Numbered from the stretch's first letter, positions 1 to 9,326 are shown. The stretch: DNA of 21,827 nucleotides from Armatimonadota bacterium (GCA_034722055.1 JAYENL010000128.1:1-21827); one strand, 5' to 3'. The notes: generated by a model not told the origin, from the letters alone. A program made the numbers and translations.

Positions 1-218
1 CGCACGGCACACGGCGCACGGACAGGAGTGTCCGTGCCACGGAACGACGGCGGCTTCGCCGCAGGCGGGCGAGGGGGAGAACGGCGCACGGCACACGGCG
101 CACGGACAGGAGTGTCCGTGCCACGGAACGACGGCGGCTTCGCCGCAGGCGGGAGAGGGGGAGAACGGCGCACGGCACACGACGCACGGACAGGAGTGTC
201 CGTGCCACGGAACGACGG
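1..218. repeat. 84-bp tandem repeat (about 2.6 visible units) containing a REP-like palindrome; may extend beyond the window edge
   Basis: Units start at 1, 85 and 169 (the third is partial, to 218). Only two substitutions are visible (70 c vs 154 a; 14 g vs 182 a). Each unit carries GCACGGACA-GGAG-TGTCCGTGC (16-37, 100-121, 184-205) ending in CCAC, i.e. GTGG plus palindrome on the minus strand. Confidence 0.95.
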
Positions 219-230
219 GGGGAGGTTGCG

Positions 231-2150
231 TTACGTCCGGCGGATGTAGTTCAGGCGGCCGCCGGCGAGGAGGATGTCGCGCTCGCGATCGGAGAGATCG
301 TAGGGAAGCTCGATCGCCGCGCCGGTACGCTCAACGACGGCTGTGACCGGCCCGCCGGCTTCGATGGCCTGTCGGACCGCCTCGATGCACAGGACGTCCC
401 CCTGCTGTAAGGCCTCGTAATCATCCGGTGCAATGACCAGGGGCAGGATGCCGAAGTTGACAAGGTTCGCCCGGTGGATGCGGGCGAAGGACTTCGCGAG
501 AACGGCATGGATGCCCAGGTACATGGGCGCCAGCGCGGCATGCTCCCGGGACGAGCCCTGGCCGTAGTTCTCGCCGCCGAGGACCAGGCCGGGCACCTCA
601 TCCAGCGCGCGGGTGGCAAAGTCGGGATCAATGGCGGAGAAGACGTGCTGGCTGATGGCGGGGATGTTGCTCCGCAGGGGCAGAATCCTGGCGCCGGCCG
701 GCATGATATCGTCGGTGGTGATATTGTCGCCGACCTTCAGCACCACTGTGGCCTCGATGGTCTGGGGCAATGGCTCGCGGCGGGGAATGGGCTTGATGTT
801 GGGCCCGCGGCGGATCTCGACCTGGCTGCCGTCGTCGGGCGGCTCGATGATCATGCTGTCATCGACCTCAAAGACCTCGGGCAACATGACGTGCGGAGGC
901 TCGATGAGCTGAGACGGATCGACGAACTCGCCGTGGATGGCGACCAGGGCCGCGATCTCCGGGCCGGTAAGGTAGACGCGGGCGTCGGCGGTGCCGCTGC
1001 GGCCGCGGAAGTTGCGGTTGAAGGTGCGCACGCTGACGGCGCCGCTGGGTGGCGCCTGGCCCATGCCGATGCAGGGCCCGCAGGCGGGCTCGAGAACGCG
1101 GGCGCCGGCGGCGAGCAGGTCGGCCAGGGCTCCGTTGCGGGCGATCATCTCCTCCACCTGGCGAGAGCCCGGGGATATGACGAGGCTGGTGCGGTCGCTG
1201 ACCGTCTGTCCCTTGAGGATGGCGGCCACGGTCATGAGGTCCTTGAGGGACGAGTTGGTGCAACTGCCGATGCAGACCTGATCGACCTCCAGGCCAAGCA
1301 GGTCGGTGACCGGAACGACCTTGTCGGGCATGTGTGGCTGAGCGACCATGGGCCGGATGGCTGAGAGGTCCAGCTCGATGACCTCATCGAAGCGCGCCTG
1401 CTCATCAGCCGCGAGCGGTGACCAGACGTCCTCCCGCTGCTGGGCGAGGAGGAACTGTCGGGTGACATCGTCGCTGGGGAAGATGGAGGAGGTGGCGCCA
1501 AGCTCGGCGCCCATGTTGGTGATCGTGGCCCGCTCGGGGACCGAGAGAGTGTCCACGCCCGGTCCGAAGTACTCGAAGAGCTTGCCGACGCCGCCCTTGA
1601 CGGTGAGTCGGCGGAGGAGCTCGAGGATGACGTCCTTCGCGGAGCTCCAGCCGGTGAGCTGACCGGTGAGCAGCACGCCGACGACATGCGGCATGGTCAG
1701 GTAGAAAGGCTCTCCGGCCATGGCGGCGGCGACGTCGAGGCCGCCGACGCCGATGCCGAGCATGCCGAGGCCGCCAGCGGTGGGGGTGTGGGAGTCGGAC
1801 CCCAGAAGGGTCTTCCCCGGCACGCCGAAGCGCTCCAGATGCACCTGATGGCAGATGCCGTTGCCCGGTCGCGAGAAGTGGATGCCGTAGCGGGCGGCGA
1901 CGGACTGCAGGTAGCGGTGATCGTCGGCGTTCTCGAAGCCGGTCTGGAGCGTGTTGTGATCCACGTAGCTGACGGACAGCTCGGTGCGCACGCGGGGGAT
2001 GTCCAGGGCCTCGAACTGCAGGTAGGCGAGGGTCCCGGTGGCGTCCTGCGTGAGGGTCTGGTCGATGCGGAGGGCGATCTCCTGGCCGGGCGTCATCTCC
2101 CCGGAGACCAGGTGATCGGCGATGATCCTCTCGGTCAGCGTTCCTGCCAT
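231..2150 (-). CDS. Putative aconitate hydratase (Aquifex-type aconitase family, about 639 aa)
   Basis: Start placed at MAGTLTERII, downstream of a GAGGAG SD. Aconitase motifs TQDATGT, GNGICHQVH, GSDSHT, IGSCTN, CGPCIGMG, TFNRNFRGR, GDNITTDDI and NYGQGSSREHA. Large and swivel domains are fused. Confidence 0.93.
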   Translation of the reverse strand: MAGTLTERIIADHLVSGEMTPGQEIALRIDQTLTQDATGTLAYLQFEALDIPRVRTELSVSYVDHNTLQTGFENADDHRYLQSVAARYGIHFSRPGNGICHQVHLERFGVPGKTLLGSDSHTPTAGGLGMLGIGVGGLDVAAAMAGEPFYLTMPHVVGVLLTGQLTGWSSAKDVILELLRRLTVKGGVGKLFEYFGPGVDTLSVPERATITNMGAELGATSSIFPSDDVTRQFLLAQQREDVWSPLAADEQARFDEVIELDLSAIRPMVAQPHMPDKVVPVTDLLGLEVDQVCIGSCTNSSLKDLMTVAAILKGQTVSDRTSLVISPGSRQVEEMIARNGALADLLAAGARVLEPACGPCIGMGQAPPSGAVSVRTFNRNFRGRSGTADARVYLTGPEIAALVAIHGEFVDPSQLIEPPHVMLPEVFEVDDSMIIEPPDDGSQVEIRRGPNIKPIPRREPLPQTIEATVVLKVGDNITTDDIMPAGARILPLRSNIPAISQHVFSAIDPDFATRALDEVPGLVLGGENYGQGSSREHAALAPMYLGIHAVLAKSFARIHRANLVNFGILPLVIAPDDYEALQQGDVLCIEAVRQAIEAGGPVTAVVERTGAAIELPYDLSDRERDILLAGGRLNYIRRT

Positions 2151-2181
2151 TGCAGCGCTCCTCATGATGATGTGCGTGCGT

Positions 2182-3654
2182 TCAGCCTCCGAGCAGCCAG
2201 TGGTCGAACCAGTCGAAGGCCTTCGCCCCGTGGTAGATGTGGCCGCTCTCGAAGACGTCAAGGTCCAGGCGGTTACGGGCATTGGCGGCGCGGTAGATTC
2301 GCTCGATCTGAGCGTAGGCCTCCATGGCGAAGATCTCCGGTGAGGTGCCGTCGGCCGTCCCCAGCTCGAGCAACAGGGGGCGGGGAGCGATGAGGCCGAA
2401 GACCTCCGGGGTGTCACCGTAGGTGAGCATTCCGGGGACGAACTGCGCGCCGCAGCTCGAGTCGATGGTGAGTCGCTCCCGGAAGGTGTTCAAGGCGCCG
2501 GAGACGCAGGCGCAGGCGACGCGGCGGTCGAGGGCGGAAAGATACATGGTGAGCCTGCCCCCGTAGGAGAGGCCGGTGGCGCCGATGCGGCCGCTGGCGA
2601 CGGTAGGCTGGGCGATGAGGTGGTCGAGGGCGGCACGGAGGTCGCGGACCTGGCCCGCCAGCACGTTGATGCCGAACTGCTGGAGGCGAAAGGCGGCGGC
2701 GTCGCAGGGGTCACGCCGGAAGCGCTCATCGTCGCGGCGGAGGCCGAAGTTGCGCATGTCGGGGCTGACGACCGTGTAACCGTGCTCGGCATAGCGGGCG
2801 CCGTAGGCATAGTTGTGGCGCTCGAGGGCCTGGCGCGAGCTCTCATCGCCGGCAACGCCGACGGTCTCACCGTAGACGTAGCCGTGTCCATGGATGGCGA
2901 CGATTCCGGCACCGTTGGGGTCATCGGGGACCAGCAGCCAGATGGGCGCGACCACGTTGGGCTCGGTTGCGAGCAAGAGGCGGTCGCGACGGTAGCCGTC
3001 GAGGCGCTCGGAGGAGATGAGCTGCGGTGCGGCTCCGACGATGGGCTCGGTGGGCCCCATCAGCTCGCGCAGCTTGAGCCCAAAGAGATCATGCCAGCGG
3101 CGCCACGCCTCGTTGCTCTCCTCGGCCAGGCGCATGCGTGGCGTGCGGTTCGTCAGGTTATTCCACTGGTGCCACAGCGAGACGTCGGCCCCCTCCGGCA
3201 GGGGCACGCGGAGCTGCTCGGTGACGCCCCGCCAGTGTGGGCGGACCTCGCTGACGACGTCCAGCGGCAAGCGATCGGGCGCGATGAGCCGGGCGGAGAG
3301 GCGAGGATTGATCTGGCCGGGGGTGATCTGCAGCTTCAGGCGGTTCTGTCCCGCGCGGAGGGTCACCGGGTGGGCGTTGCCGAAGGGCTCAATGCGGGGG
3401 CAGCCGCCTGCGACGACCTGACCGTTGAGGGTGGCGCGAATGTCGCGCAGCGCGCTGAGCTCGAGGAGGGCCTCGGCGTCGCTGTCTGCCACGATGGTGC
3501 AGGTGAGGCGCGCAACGCCGTCGGTGGTCGGGGCCTCGTCGATCATGACCCCGTAGTCGTAGTCAGCCTGCAGAACGCCATCGGCCGTCTGCCACGCGAG
3601 GATGAAGCCGTGGAGGCCGGCCACTGACTGAAGCGTGCTGCGCTCGTCGATCAT
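2182..3654 (-). CDS. Alpha/beta hydrolase (dienelactone hydrolase / Abhydrolase_7-like) with an extra N-terminal domain
   Basis: AIHGHG motif, DMRNFGLR, nucleophile elbow GLSYGG, LIAPRPLLL, and C-terminal GH (FESGHIYHG). Start at MIDERS (3654) is inferred because the upstream in-frame sequence looks non-coding; SD is weak. Confidence 0.85.
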   Translation of the reverse strand: MIDERSTLQSVAGLHGFILAWQTADGVLQADYDYGVMIDEAPTTDGVARLTCTIVADSDAEALLELSALRDIRATLNGQVVAGGCPRIEPFGNAHPVTLRAGQNRLKLQITPGQINPRLSARLIAPDRLPLDVVSEVRPHWRGVTEQLRVPLPEGADVSLWHQWNNLTNRTPRMRLAEESNEAWRRWHDLFGLKLRELMGPTEPIVGAAPQLISSERLDGYRRDRLLLATEPNVVAPIWLLVPDDPNGAGIVAIHGHGYVYGETVGVAGDESSRQALERHNYAYGARYAEHGYTVVSPDMRNFGLRRDDERFRRDPCDAAAFRLQQFGINVLAGQVRDLRAALDHLIAQPTVASGRIGATGLSYGGRLTMYLSALDRRVACACVSGALNTFRERLTIDSSCGAQFVPGMLTYGDTPEVFGLIAPRPLLLELGTADGTSPEIFAMEAYAQIERIYRAANARNRLDLDVFESGHIYHGAKAFDWFDHWLLGG

Positions 3655-3849
3655 ATGAATCACTCGGGAAGGGCCGGTGCGGCCGGATTCGGTCCGACGG
3701 ATTGGGCCGCGACCTTGGCGTTGCTTTGGGCCGGAGGCACCGCCGCGAGTAGGTCTTCTGCGGCAGGGCAGGTGCGCGGGCGGCCAGCGGGGAAATCGTG
3801 ACTGCGCCTGGATCTCCCCGACAGTTGCAAGAGGAGGCATCGCTCGCCG

Positions 3850-4110
3850 ATGTCAGAGGCGGGAAAGCTGGTACTGGGCTTCGTCGGCGTCGTGATCGGG
3901 TTGGCGGGCGGCTTCGTGGCCTTAGTATTCGTGATGCAGCGCACCGGTGGGGTGTTGTTCGATCGACCGGCCGTGCTGGTGGCGGTGGCTCTGGGCCTGG
4001 TTGGCGGCGGTGCGGCACTCATGGGCTACCTGTCGCTGACGGTCGTGGAATACATAGAGCGGCGAAAAAAGCGGGCCGCGCGGAAGAAGAAGCAGCGCGG
4101 CAAGAAGTGA
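3850..4110 (+). CDS. Small two-TM membrane protein with a basic C-terminal tail, hypothetical
   Basis: GAGGAGG upstream; two hydrophobic Gly-rich segments; tail ERRKKRAARKKKQRGKK. Confidence 0.75.
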   Translation: MSEAGKLVLGFVGVVIGLAGGFVALVFVMQRTGGVLFDRPAVLVAVALGLVGGGAALMGYLSLTVVEYIERRKKRAARKKKQRGKK

Positions 4111-4147
4111 CATCCGCATTCAACTTCCAGTCGGTTGCCATGTCGCC

Positions 4148-4501
4148 TCAGGGGCTCTCAGGCGACGCCTCCTCGCCCCCCGACAGCTCGATGCCGCGTT
4201 CGCCCTCGGTTACGTAGTATCGCCTCAGTGTGCCGTCGGGCTGCCAGACGTCGATGGCGGTGCGGCCGGTCTGAGCGTCCCACCTGACTCTCTCGATGCG
4301 GGAGTCCTCTGCATTGCTGAGGCCCGGGAGGGTCTCGACGCGGATGCTGGCGTGTCGGTCGGGCGGCTGCGCCAGTTGGACGGCGAAGCCGGCAAGCAGG
4401 AGAATCAGAACCGCGGCAAGAGCGTAGACGACGATGCGCCACGCCCTGGCGGTGGTGAGACGCTCATACGGCAGCGATGGCCGCGATAGCGGTGGCCCCA
4501 T
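4148..4501 (-). CDS. Hypothetical single-TM membrane-anchored protein
   Basis: Hydrophobic segment IVVYALAAVLILLLAGFAVQL followed by a small beta-rich soluble domain; purine-rich GGGAGAACAGGGG upstream; fills the gap downstream of the RNase E/G gene. Confidence 0.65.
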   Translation of the reverse strand: MGPPLSRPSLPYERLTTARAWRIVVYALAAVLILLLAGFAVQLAQPPDRHASIRVETLPGLSNAEDSRIERVRWDAQTGRTAIDVWQPDGTLRRYYVTEGERGIELSGGEEASPESP

Positions 4502-4744
4502 GATGATTCCCCTGTTCTCCCGTGTCGGAGAGCGCCTGATCGAGAAGCCGCGTGTGCTGTTGCCTGATATTGCGCCCGGCGGAGTGGCATGGGCCGGGGT
4601 GGAACCTGTGAGGTCAACCGCTTCGCTCGCGAGCTCACACCGCTCGCCACGCTCGCGGCGGTCCCTTCATGGCGGGAGCAAGGGTATTGCTGTGGGGGCA
4701 GGATTACACGCGAGCTTGTGCCACTGAGCACTCTCTTCGTGAGC

Positions 4745-6436
4745 CTACCCCTCGCGGCCGACCGGCGTGGCCCGAGCGTAGGAGTTGGCGACCTTGGTCA
4801 GCCGGACCTTCACTGGCTTGTCGGTCTCGGGCGACAGCTCCGGGACATAGACTACCAGACCATCGACATACCCGACAAGCCCCATCTCGGGCACGCGGAG
4901 GATGTCCTCGGGCTGGAGCTCGACCTTCTGGCCGCTACGCCTGCGCTGGACGCGTTGGAGCCTGCGGTGAGACTCCAGGGGGATGACCTCGAAGTGCTCG
5001 GGGTTGATACTCCGGTCAGCGCGGGCGTAGACCTCGACGTTGAGCTGCTCCTCGAGCTCATCGGCGAACTCTCCGAAGGGGCCGATAAACTCCATGATGA
5101 CCTCAGGGGAGGCGATGACGTGGAAGAGATCGCTGTCATCCTGTCGGTGCTGACGCTTGACCTCGCGCTCAATGCTGGCGGCGACGGTCTCGGGGGACAA
5201 GATTCTGCCGGTACCGCTGCAGCACGGGCAGACTGTCTGGAGTATCTGGCTGAGGTTCTCGGACGTGCGTTTGCGGGTCATCTCGACCAGCCCGAGGCGC
5301 GTGATGTGCATGATGCGGGTCTTCATGCGGTCGCGCTCGAAGGCCTGGCGGAGGGCGGAGGTAACGCGCTTGCGGTGCTCGGTCTTATCCATGTCGATGA
5401 AGTCGATGACGATGATTCCACCGATGTCGCGGAGCTTGAGCTGATTGGCGACCTCCTCAGCAGCCTCCAGGTTGGTGTGGAGCACCGTGTCCTCAAGGCT
5501 GCGGCCGGTGAACTTGCCGGTGTTGACGTCGATGGTGGTGAGGGCCTCGGTCTGCTCGATGTTGATCCAGCCGCCGTGAGGGAGCCAGACTTTTGGCTGA
5601 ACAGCCTGCTCGATCTGGGGCTCGACGCCGTAGTGGGCGAAGATGGGCTCATCCTGGCGATAAAGCTCGACGCGATCGCGAAGGTCGGGGGCGACGTTGT
5701 GGAGGAGGTTCAGGACCTTATCGTAGGTGACCTTGTCATCGATGATGAACTCATCGACCTCGGCAGAGAAGACATCGCGGAGGACCTCGAGGACGAGGCT
5801 GAGGTCCTCGTGGATCAGTGCCGGGGCCTTGGCCTGCTGCGTACGTCCCTGGATGGTCTGCCAGAGCTTGGTGAGGAAGCGGACGTCGGCCTCGAGGTCC
5901 TCCTTGGTGGCGCCCTGGGCGCGGGTGCGGACGATGATGCCGAACTCGTCGGGGCAGACCTCGTGGCCGAGGCCGCGCAGCCTGCGGCGCTCCCCCTCAT
6001 CCTCGATCTTCTTTGAAACGCCGACCTTCTCGGAGCTGTCGGTCATCAGCACGAGGTAACGGCCGGGCAGGGAGAGCCTCCGGGTGCCACGCGCTCCCTT
6101 GTCCTCAAGCGGGCCCTTGACGATCTGGATGAGGAACTCCTGGCCCTCGCTGACCACCTTCCCGATGGGCGGGAAGGAGCTCATCTTCTTGCGCATGGCG
6201 TGGCGCGACGGCTCTTCGGTGACAGCGTCGGAGACGTGCAGGAAGACGTTCTTGTCGAGACCACACTCCACGAAGGCGGCGTCGAGGCCGCGAACGACAT
6301 TCTCAACGCGGCACTTGTAGACGTTGCCGACGACCCGTTCGCCTCGCTCCACCATGAGCTCGGCGAGCCGGTCCTCCTCCATGATGGCGACACGAGTTTG
6401 CCTGTTACTGACGTTAGCAATTATTCTGTTTGACAT
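4745..6436 (-). CDS. rng: Rne/Rng family ribonuclease (RNase E/G) with a C-terminal TRAM-like domain
   Basis: Start MSNRIIANV after GAGAGGAG. S1 domain (GNVYKCRVENV..AAFV), SLPGRYLVL, TTIDVNTGKF, LRDIGGIIVIDFIDM, GLVEMTRKR and Zn-link CPCCSGTG. Confidence 0.95.
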   Translation of the reverse strand: MSNRIIANVSNRQTRVAIMEEDRLAELMVERGERVVGNVYKCRVENVVRGLDAAFVECGLDKNVFLHVSDAVTEEPSRHAMRKKMSSFPPIGKVVSEGQEFLIQIVKGPLEDKGARGTRRLSLPGRYLVLMTDSSEKVGVSKKIEDEGERRRLRGLGHEVCPDEFGIIVRTRAQGATKEDLEADVRFLTKLWQTIQGRTQQAKAPALIHEDLSLVLEVLRDVFSAEVDEFIIDDKVTYDKVLNLLHNVAPDLRDRVELYRQDEPIFAHYGVEPQIEQAVQPKVWLPHGGWINIEQTEALTTIDVNTGKFTGRSLEDTVLHTNLEAAEEVANQLKLRDIGGIIVIDFIDMDKTEHRKRVTSALRQAFERDRMKTRIMHITRLGLVEMTRKRTSENLSQILQTVCPCCSGTGRILSPETVAASIEREVKRQHRQDDSDLFHVIASPEVIMEFIGPFGEFADELEEQLNVEVYARADRSINPEHFEVIPLESHRRLQRVQRRRSGQKVELQPEDILRVPEMGLVGYVDGLVVYVPELSPETDKPVKVRLTKVANSYARATPVGREG

Positions 6437-6634
6437 GCGACTCCTCTCTTCCTCTGCCGGCGCGCCAAGGACGACCGCCATGGAGCGGGCGCTGCCCTCG
6501 AAGAGGCCCCCGCGCATGGGACGGCTCCGATGGCGCCGGCACTGAAAGCGTTAGTGCTCGGACGATGCAGTCCGTGGACGGCGCGGGACGCTCCCACTCC
6601 CGTCCAGAAAGCTCATTCTCCCCCGGGACGGACG

Positions 6635-7327
6635 TCAGGAGATGGCAAGCCGCGTGATCTGTCGAACCTGGAGGGCGTGCTCACGGCCGGTGACATCGGC
6701 CAGCGCGCGCTCGATGACCTCAAGCACCTCAGAGGGCTTGACGAGGCTCTGCTGCTGCAGCGCAAGGGTCATGCGCAGCCGCGCCCCGGCATCGTCATGG
6801 CCGGGTGTGAGCACATCCACCTCGAAGATTCCGGGCCTGATGTCGATCTCCCGAATTCGAGACTTTGTTTCGCGGACGATGACCAGAGTTCCTGCGTCGT
6901 CCATGACGCGAGCGACCGCGCGCTCCAGAAGCTGGGAGTCAACGGCCTGCGGATGAAGCTCGATGTCGTAGTGGGCGCGCTCCCTGCCCGAGACGTGCCT
7001 CTTCTTCTGCCCCGAGACCACATCGGCCTCGACAACCGCGAGCTCGTCGGGGAGCTGCTTTGAGAGACGCCGCAGCAACTCGTCGGCGGGGACGGTCCGC
7101 TCCAGCTCGATCTGAGCCAGCTCGCGCTCCCCGGCGGTTCCCACCGGCAGAGCGCTGGCGTAGCCGATCTGCGGGGACGGATTGTATCCCTCGGAGTACT
7201 TGACGGGCAGGCCTGCGCGGCGGACGGCGCGCTCGATGACGCCGGCCAGGTCGAGATGCGACAGGAAGCGCATTCTGCCGGCCTTCCTGAAGGCGATGAT
7301 GGCGAAATGGCGAGTGGGAGGCTGCAC
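6635..7327 (-). CDS. TIGR03936-like radical SAM-associated protein (DUF2344)
   Basis: MRFLSHLDL...RRAGLPVKYSEGYNPSP...SALPVG signature; GTG start abuts the stop of the upstream radical SAM gene. Confidence 0.92.
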   Translation of the reverse strand: MQPPTRHFAIIAFRKAGRMRFLSHLDLAGVIERAVRRAGLPVKYSEGYNPSPQIGYASALPVGTAGERELAQIELERTVPADELLRRLSKQLPDELAVVEADVVSGQKKRHVSGRERAHYDIELHPQAVDSQLLERAVARVMDDAGTLVIVRETKSRIREIDIRPGIFEVDVLTPGHDDAGARLRMTLALQQQSLVKPSEVLEVIERALADVTGREHALQVRQITRLAIS

Positions 7328-9217
7328 TCAGCGGACCGCCTCCTCCCGGACCGGCTGCCAGCGAACCGGTGGACACTCGGGGACGAGGGCGGTCATACCG
7401 CAGTTGTGACATCGCTCAGCGCGGCAGTCGGGCGTCCGCTCGCCAGCGCGGGCACGCTCCAACTCCCGGCGCAGGAACTGCTTCGTGATCCCAGAGTCAA
7501 TGACGTCCCAGGGCAGCTCGGCGTTCACGGGGAGGAGGCGTTGGGCCTCCTGCAGCAGATCGCGCGCGTGCTCGGCGAAGGCCTGCTGCCAGCGGTCGAA
7601 CTGGAACCGCTCGCTCCAGCCGTCGAACCGTGCCCCAGCGCGCCAGGCCCGCTCGACGACCGAACACAGGCCGCGGTCGCCGCGGGCGAGGGCGGCCTCC
7701 AGCATGCTGGAGCGGAAGTCGCTGACGGAGAGCGTGACGCGACGGTTGGTGACGCGCTCGTGGAGCAGGTCGCGGCGCCGCCGGAGGGTCTGGAGGTCGG
7801 CCATTCCCAGCCACTGGAAGGGCGTATGCGGCTTGGGAATGAAGGCGTTTACGCTCACATTGATCTTCAGCCGGCCGTATCCCGACCTCGACAGCTCGCG
7901 GCGAGCGATGGCCAGGACCTCATCGATGAGGTCGCCGATGGCGGCGACGTCCTCATCGGTCTCGTGCGGCAGGCCGATCATGAAGTAGAGCTTGAGACGC
8001 TGCCAGCCACTGCGGAAGGCGGCCTCAACGGCGCTGAGCAAGTCGTCTCGAGTGACGTCCTTGTTGATGATGTCACGCAAGCGCTGCGAGCCGGCCTCCG
8101 GGGCGAGGGTCAGCCCGCTCTTGCGGACGCGCTGCAGGCGCTCGGCGAGGCCGATGCTGAAGGTGTCCACGCGGAGCGACGGCATGCTCACGGACACGTG
8201 GTCCTCTGCGAGGCACTCGTGGAGGCGGTCGATGAGCTCGGCGATCTGCGAGTAGTCGGGGCAGTTCAACGACAGCAGGGACAGCTCGTCGTAGCCGGTG
8301 GTGGCGATGATCCGCTCAGCCTGCTCGACGAGCTGATCGAGATGGCGCTCGCGGACGGGGCGGTAGATCATGCCCGCCTGGCAGAAGCGGCAGCCGCGAG
8401 TGCATCCCCGGGTGATCTCAATCTCGGCGCGGTCGTGAACGGCCTCGGTGAGTGGGACCACGGGCTGGCACGGCCAGGGCTGCTCGCCCAGGTCCTCGGC
8501 GACGCGACGGGTGACACGGTCAGGGAAGACCTCGCTGCGAGGCTCAGGCACGAGCGTATCGTGAGCGGTCCGGCGAACGCGGTAGCCAGAGGGAACGTAT
8601 ACGCCCTCGATGGTGGCAAGCCGCTGCAGAAGCGCCTCCCGCGCGTCATCGGAACGGACTGGACGCAGCCGCAGATGGTCGGGAAGGGACAGGAACAGGT
8701 CGAGGATGTCGTCGAGTGCCTCCTCACCGTCGCCGATGACCAGGGCGTCGAAGAAGTCCGCCACGGGCTCGGGGTTGAAGGCACAGGGCCCGCCGCCGAT
8801 GACCAGGGGATCGGGCCCTTGGCGGCTGCGGGTACGGACAGGAATGCCGCCGAGGTCGAGAAGCTCCAGGACGTTGGTGAAGGTGAGCTCATGCTGAAGG
8901 GTGATGCCGACCACGTCGAATTGCGAGAGCGGTGTGCCGGTCTCCAGGCTGGCAAGCGACAGGCCTTCATCCCGCATCAGGGAGATGGCATCCACCCAGG
9001 GAAGGAAGACGCGTTCGGCCGCAGTGCGTTGGCGTCGATTCACGACCTCGTAGAGGATGCGCAGGCCAGCATGAGACATGCCGACCTCGTAGGTGTCCGG
9101 ATAGCACAGGGCGACCCGGAGATCGACCTGCGAGGCGGGCTTGACGACCTGGTTCCACTCGCCGCCGAGATAGCGGGCGGGCCTTTCGACCTGTTGAAGA
9201 AGATGTTCGGGCAACAT
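7328..9217 (-). CDS. TIGR03960-like B12-binding radical SAM protein
   Basis: VERPARYLGGEWN, YPDTYEVGMSH, GGPCAFNPEP, CxxxCxxC motif (CTRGCRFC), LAPEAGSQRLRDIINK, KLYFMIGLPHET, terminal Cys cluster CRAERCHNCG. Confidence 0.95.
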   Translation of the reverse strand: MLPEHLLQQVERPARYLGGEWNQVVKPASQVDLRVALCYPDTYEVGMSHAGLRILYEVVNRRQRTAAERVFLPWVDAISLMRDEGLSLASLETGTPLSQFDVVGITLQHELTFTNVLELLDLGGIPVRTRSRQGPDPLVIGGGPCAFNPEPVADFFDALVIGDGEEALDDILDLFLSLPDHLRLRPVRSDDAREALLQRLATIEGVYVPSGYRVRRTAHDTLVPEPRSEVFPDRVTRRVAEDLGEQPWPCQPVVPLTEAVHDRAEIEITRGCTRGCRFCQAGMIYRPVRERHLDQLVEQAERIIATTGYDELSLLSLNCPDYSQIAELIDRLHECLAEDHVSVSMPSLRVDTFSIGLAERLQRVRKSGLTLAPEAGSQRLRDIINKDVTRDDLLSAVEAAFRSGWQRLKLYFMIGLPHETDEDVAAIGDLIDEVLAIARRELSRSGYGRLKINVSVNAFIPKPHTPFQWLGMADLQTLRRRRDLLHERVTNRRVTLSVSDFRSSMLEAALARGDRGLCSVVERAWRAGARFDGWSERFQFDRWQQAFAEHARDLLQEAQRLLPVNAELPWDVIDSGITKQFLRRELERARAGERTPDCRAERCHNCGMTALVPECPPVRWQPVREEAVR

Positions 9218-9296
9218 CGAGAATCCAGAACGGCCCCAGCCAGTGCTGGAGCCCTCCGAGGTATCCTAACTCACCGAGATGGCTTCACTGTATGCT

Positions 9297-9326
9297 ATGA
9301 TAGGGGCCGTGGGCGGGTGGTGTCAA
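9297..9326 (-). promoter_or_regulatory. Sigma70-type promoter for the radical SAM / rng operon
   Basis: Minus strand TTGACA (9321-9326), 18-bp spacer, TATCAT (9297-9302), about 80 bp upstream of the 9217 start. Confidence 0.75.

Noticed and set aside
1..218. Possible CRISPR array
   Set aside because: The sequence between the palindromes is nearly identical rather than unique spacers, and no cas genes are in the window
28..249. 73-aa plus-strand ORF
   Set aside because: It is just the in-frame translation of the 84-bp repeat and overlaps the aconitase stop; there is no independent coding evidence
2151..2417. N-terminal extensions given by the ORF track (aconitase; also the hydrolase, rng and Fe-ADH)
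   Set aside because: They overlap neighbouring genes or intergenic DNA; family N-termini and, in most cases, SD sequences support downstream starts
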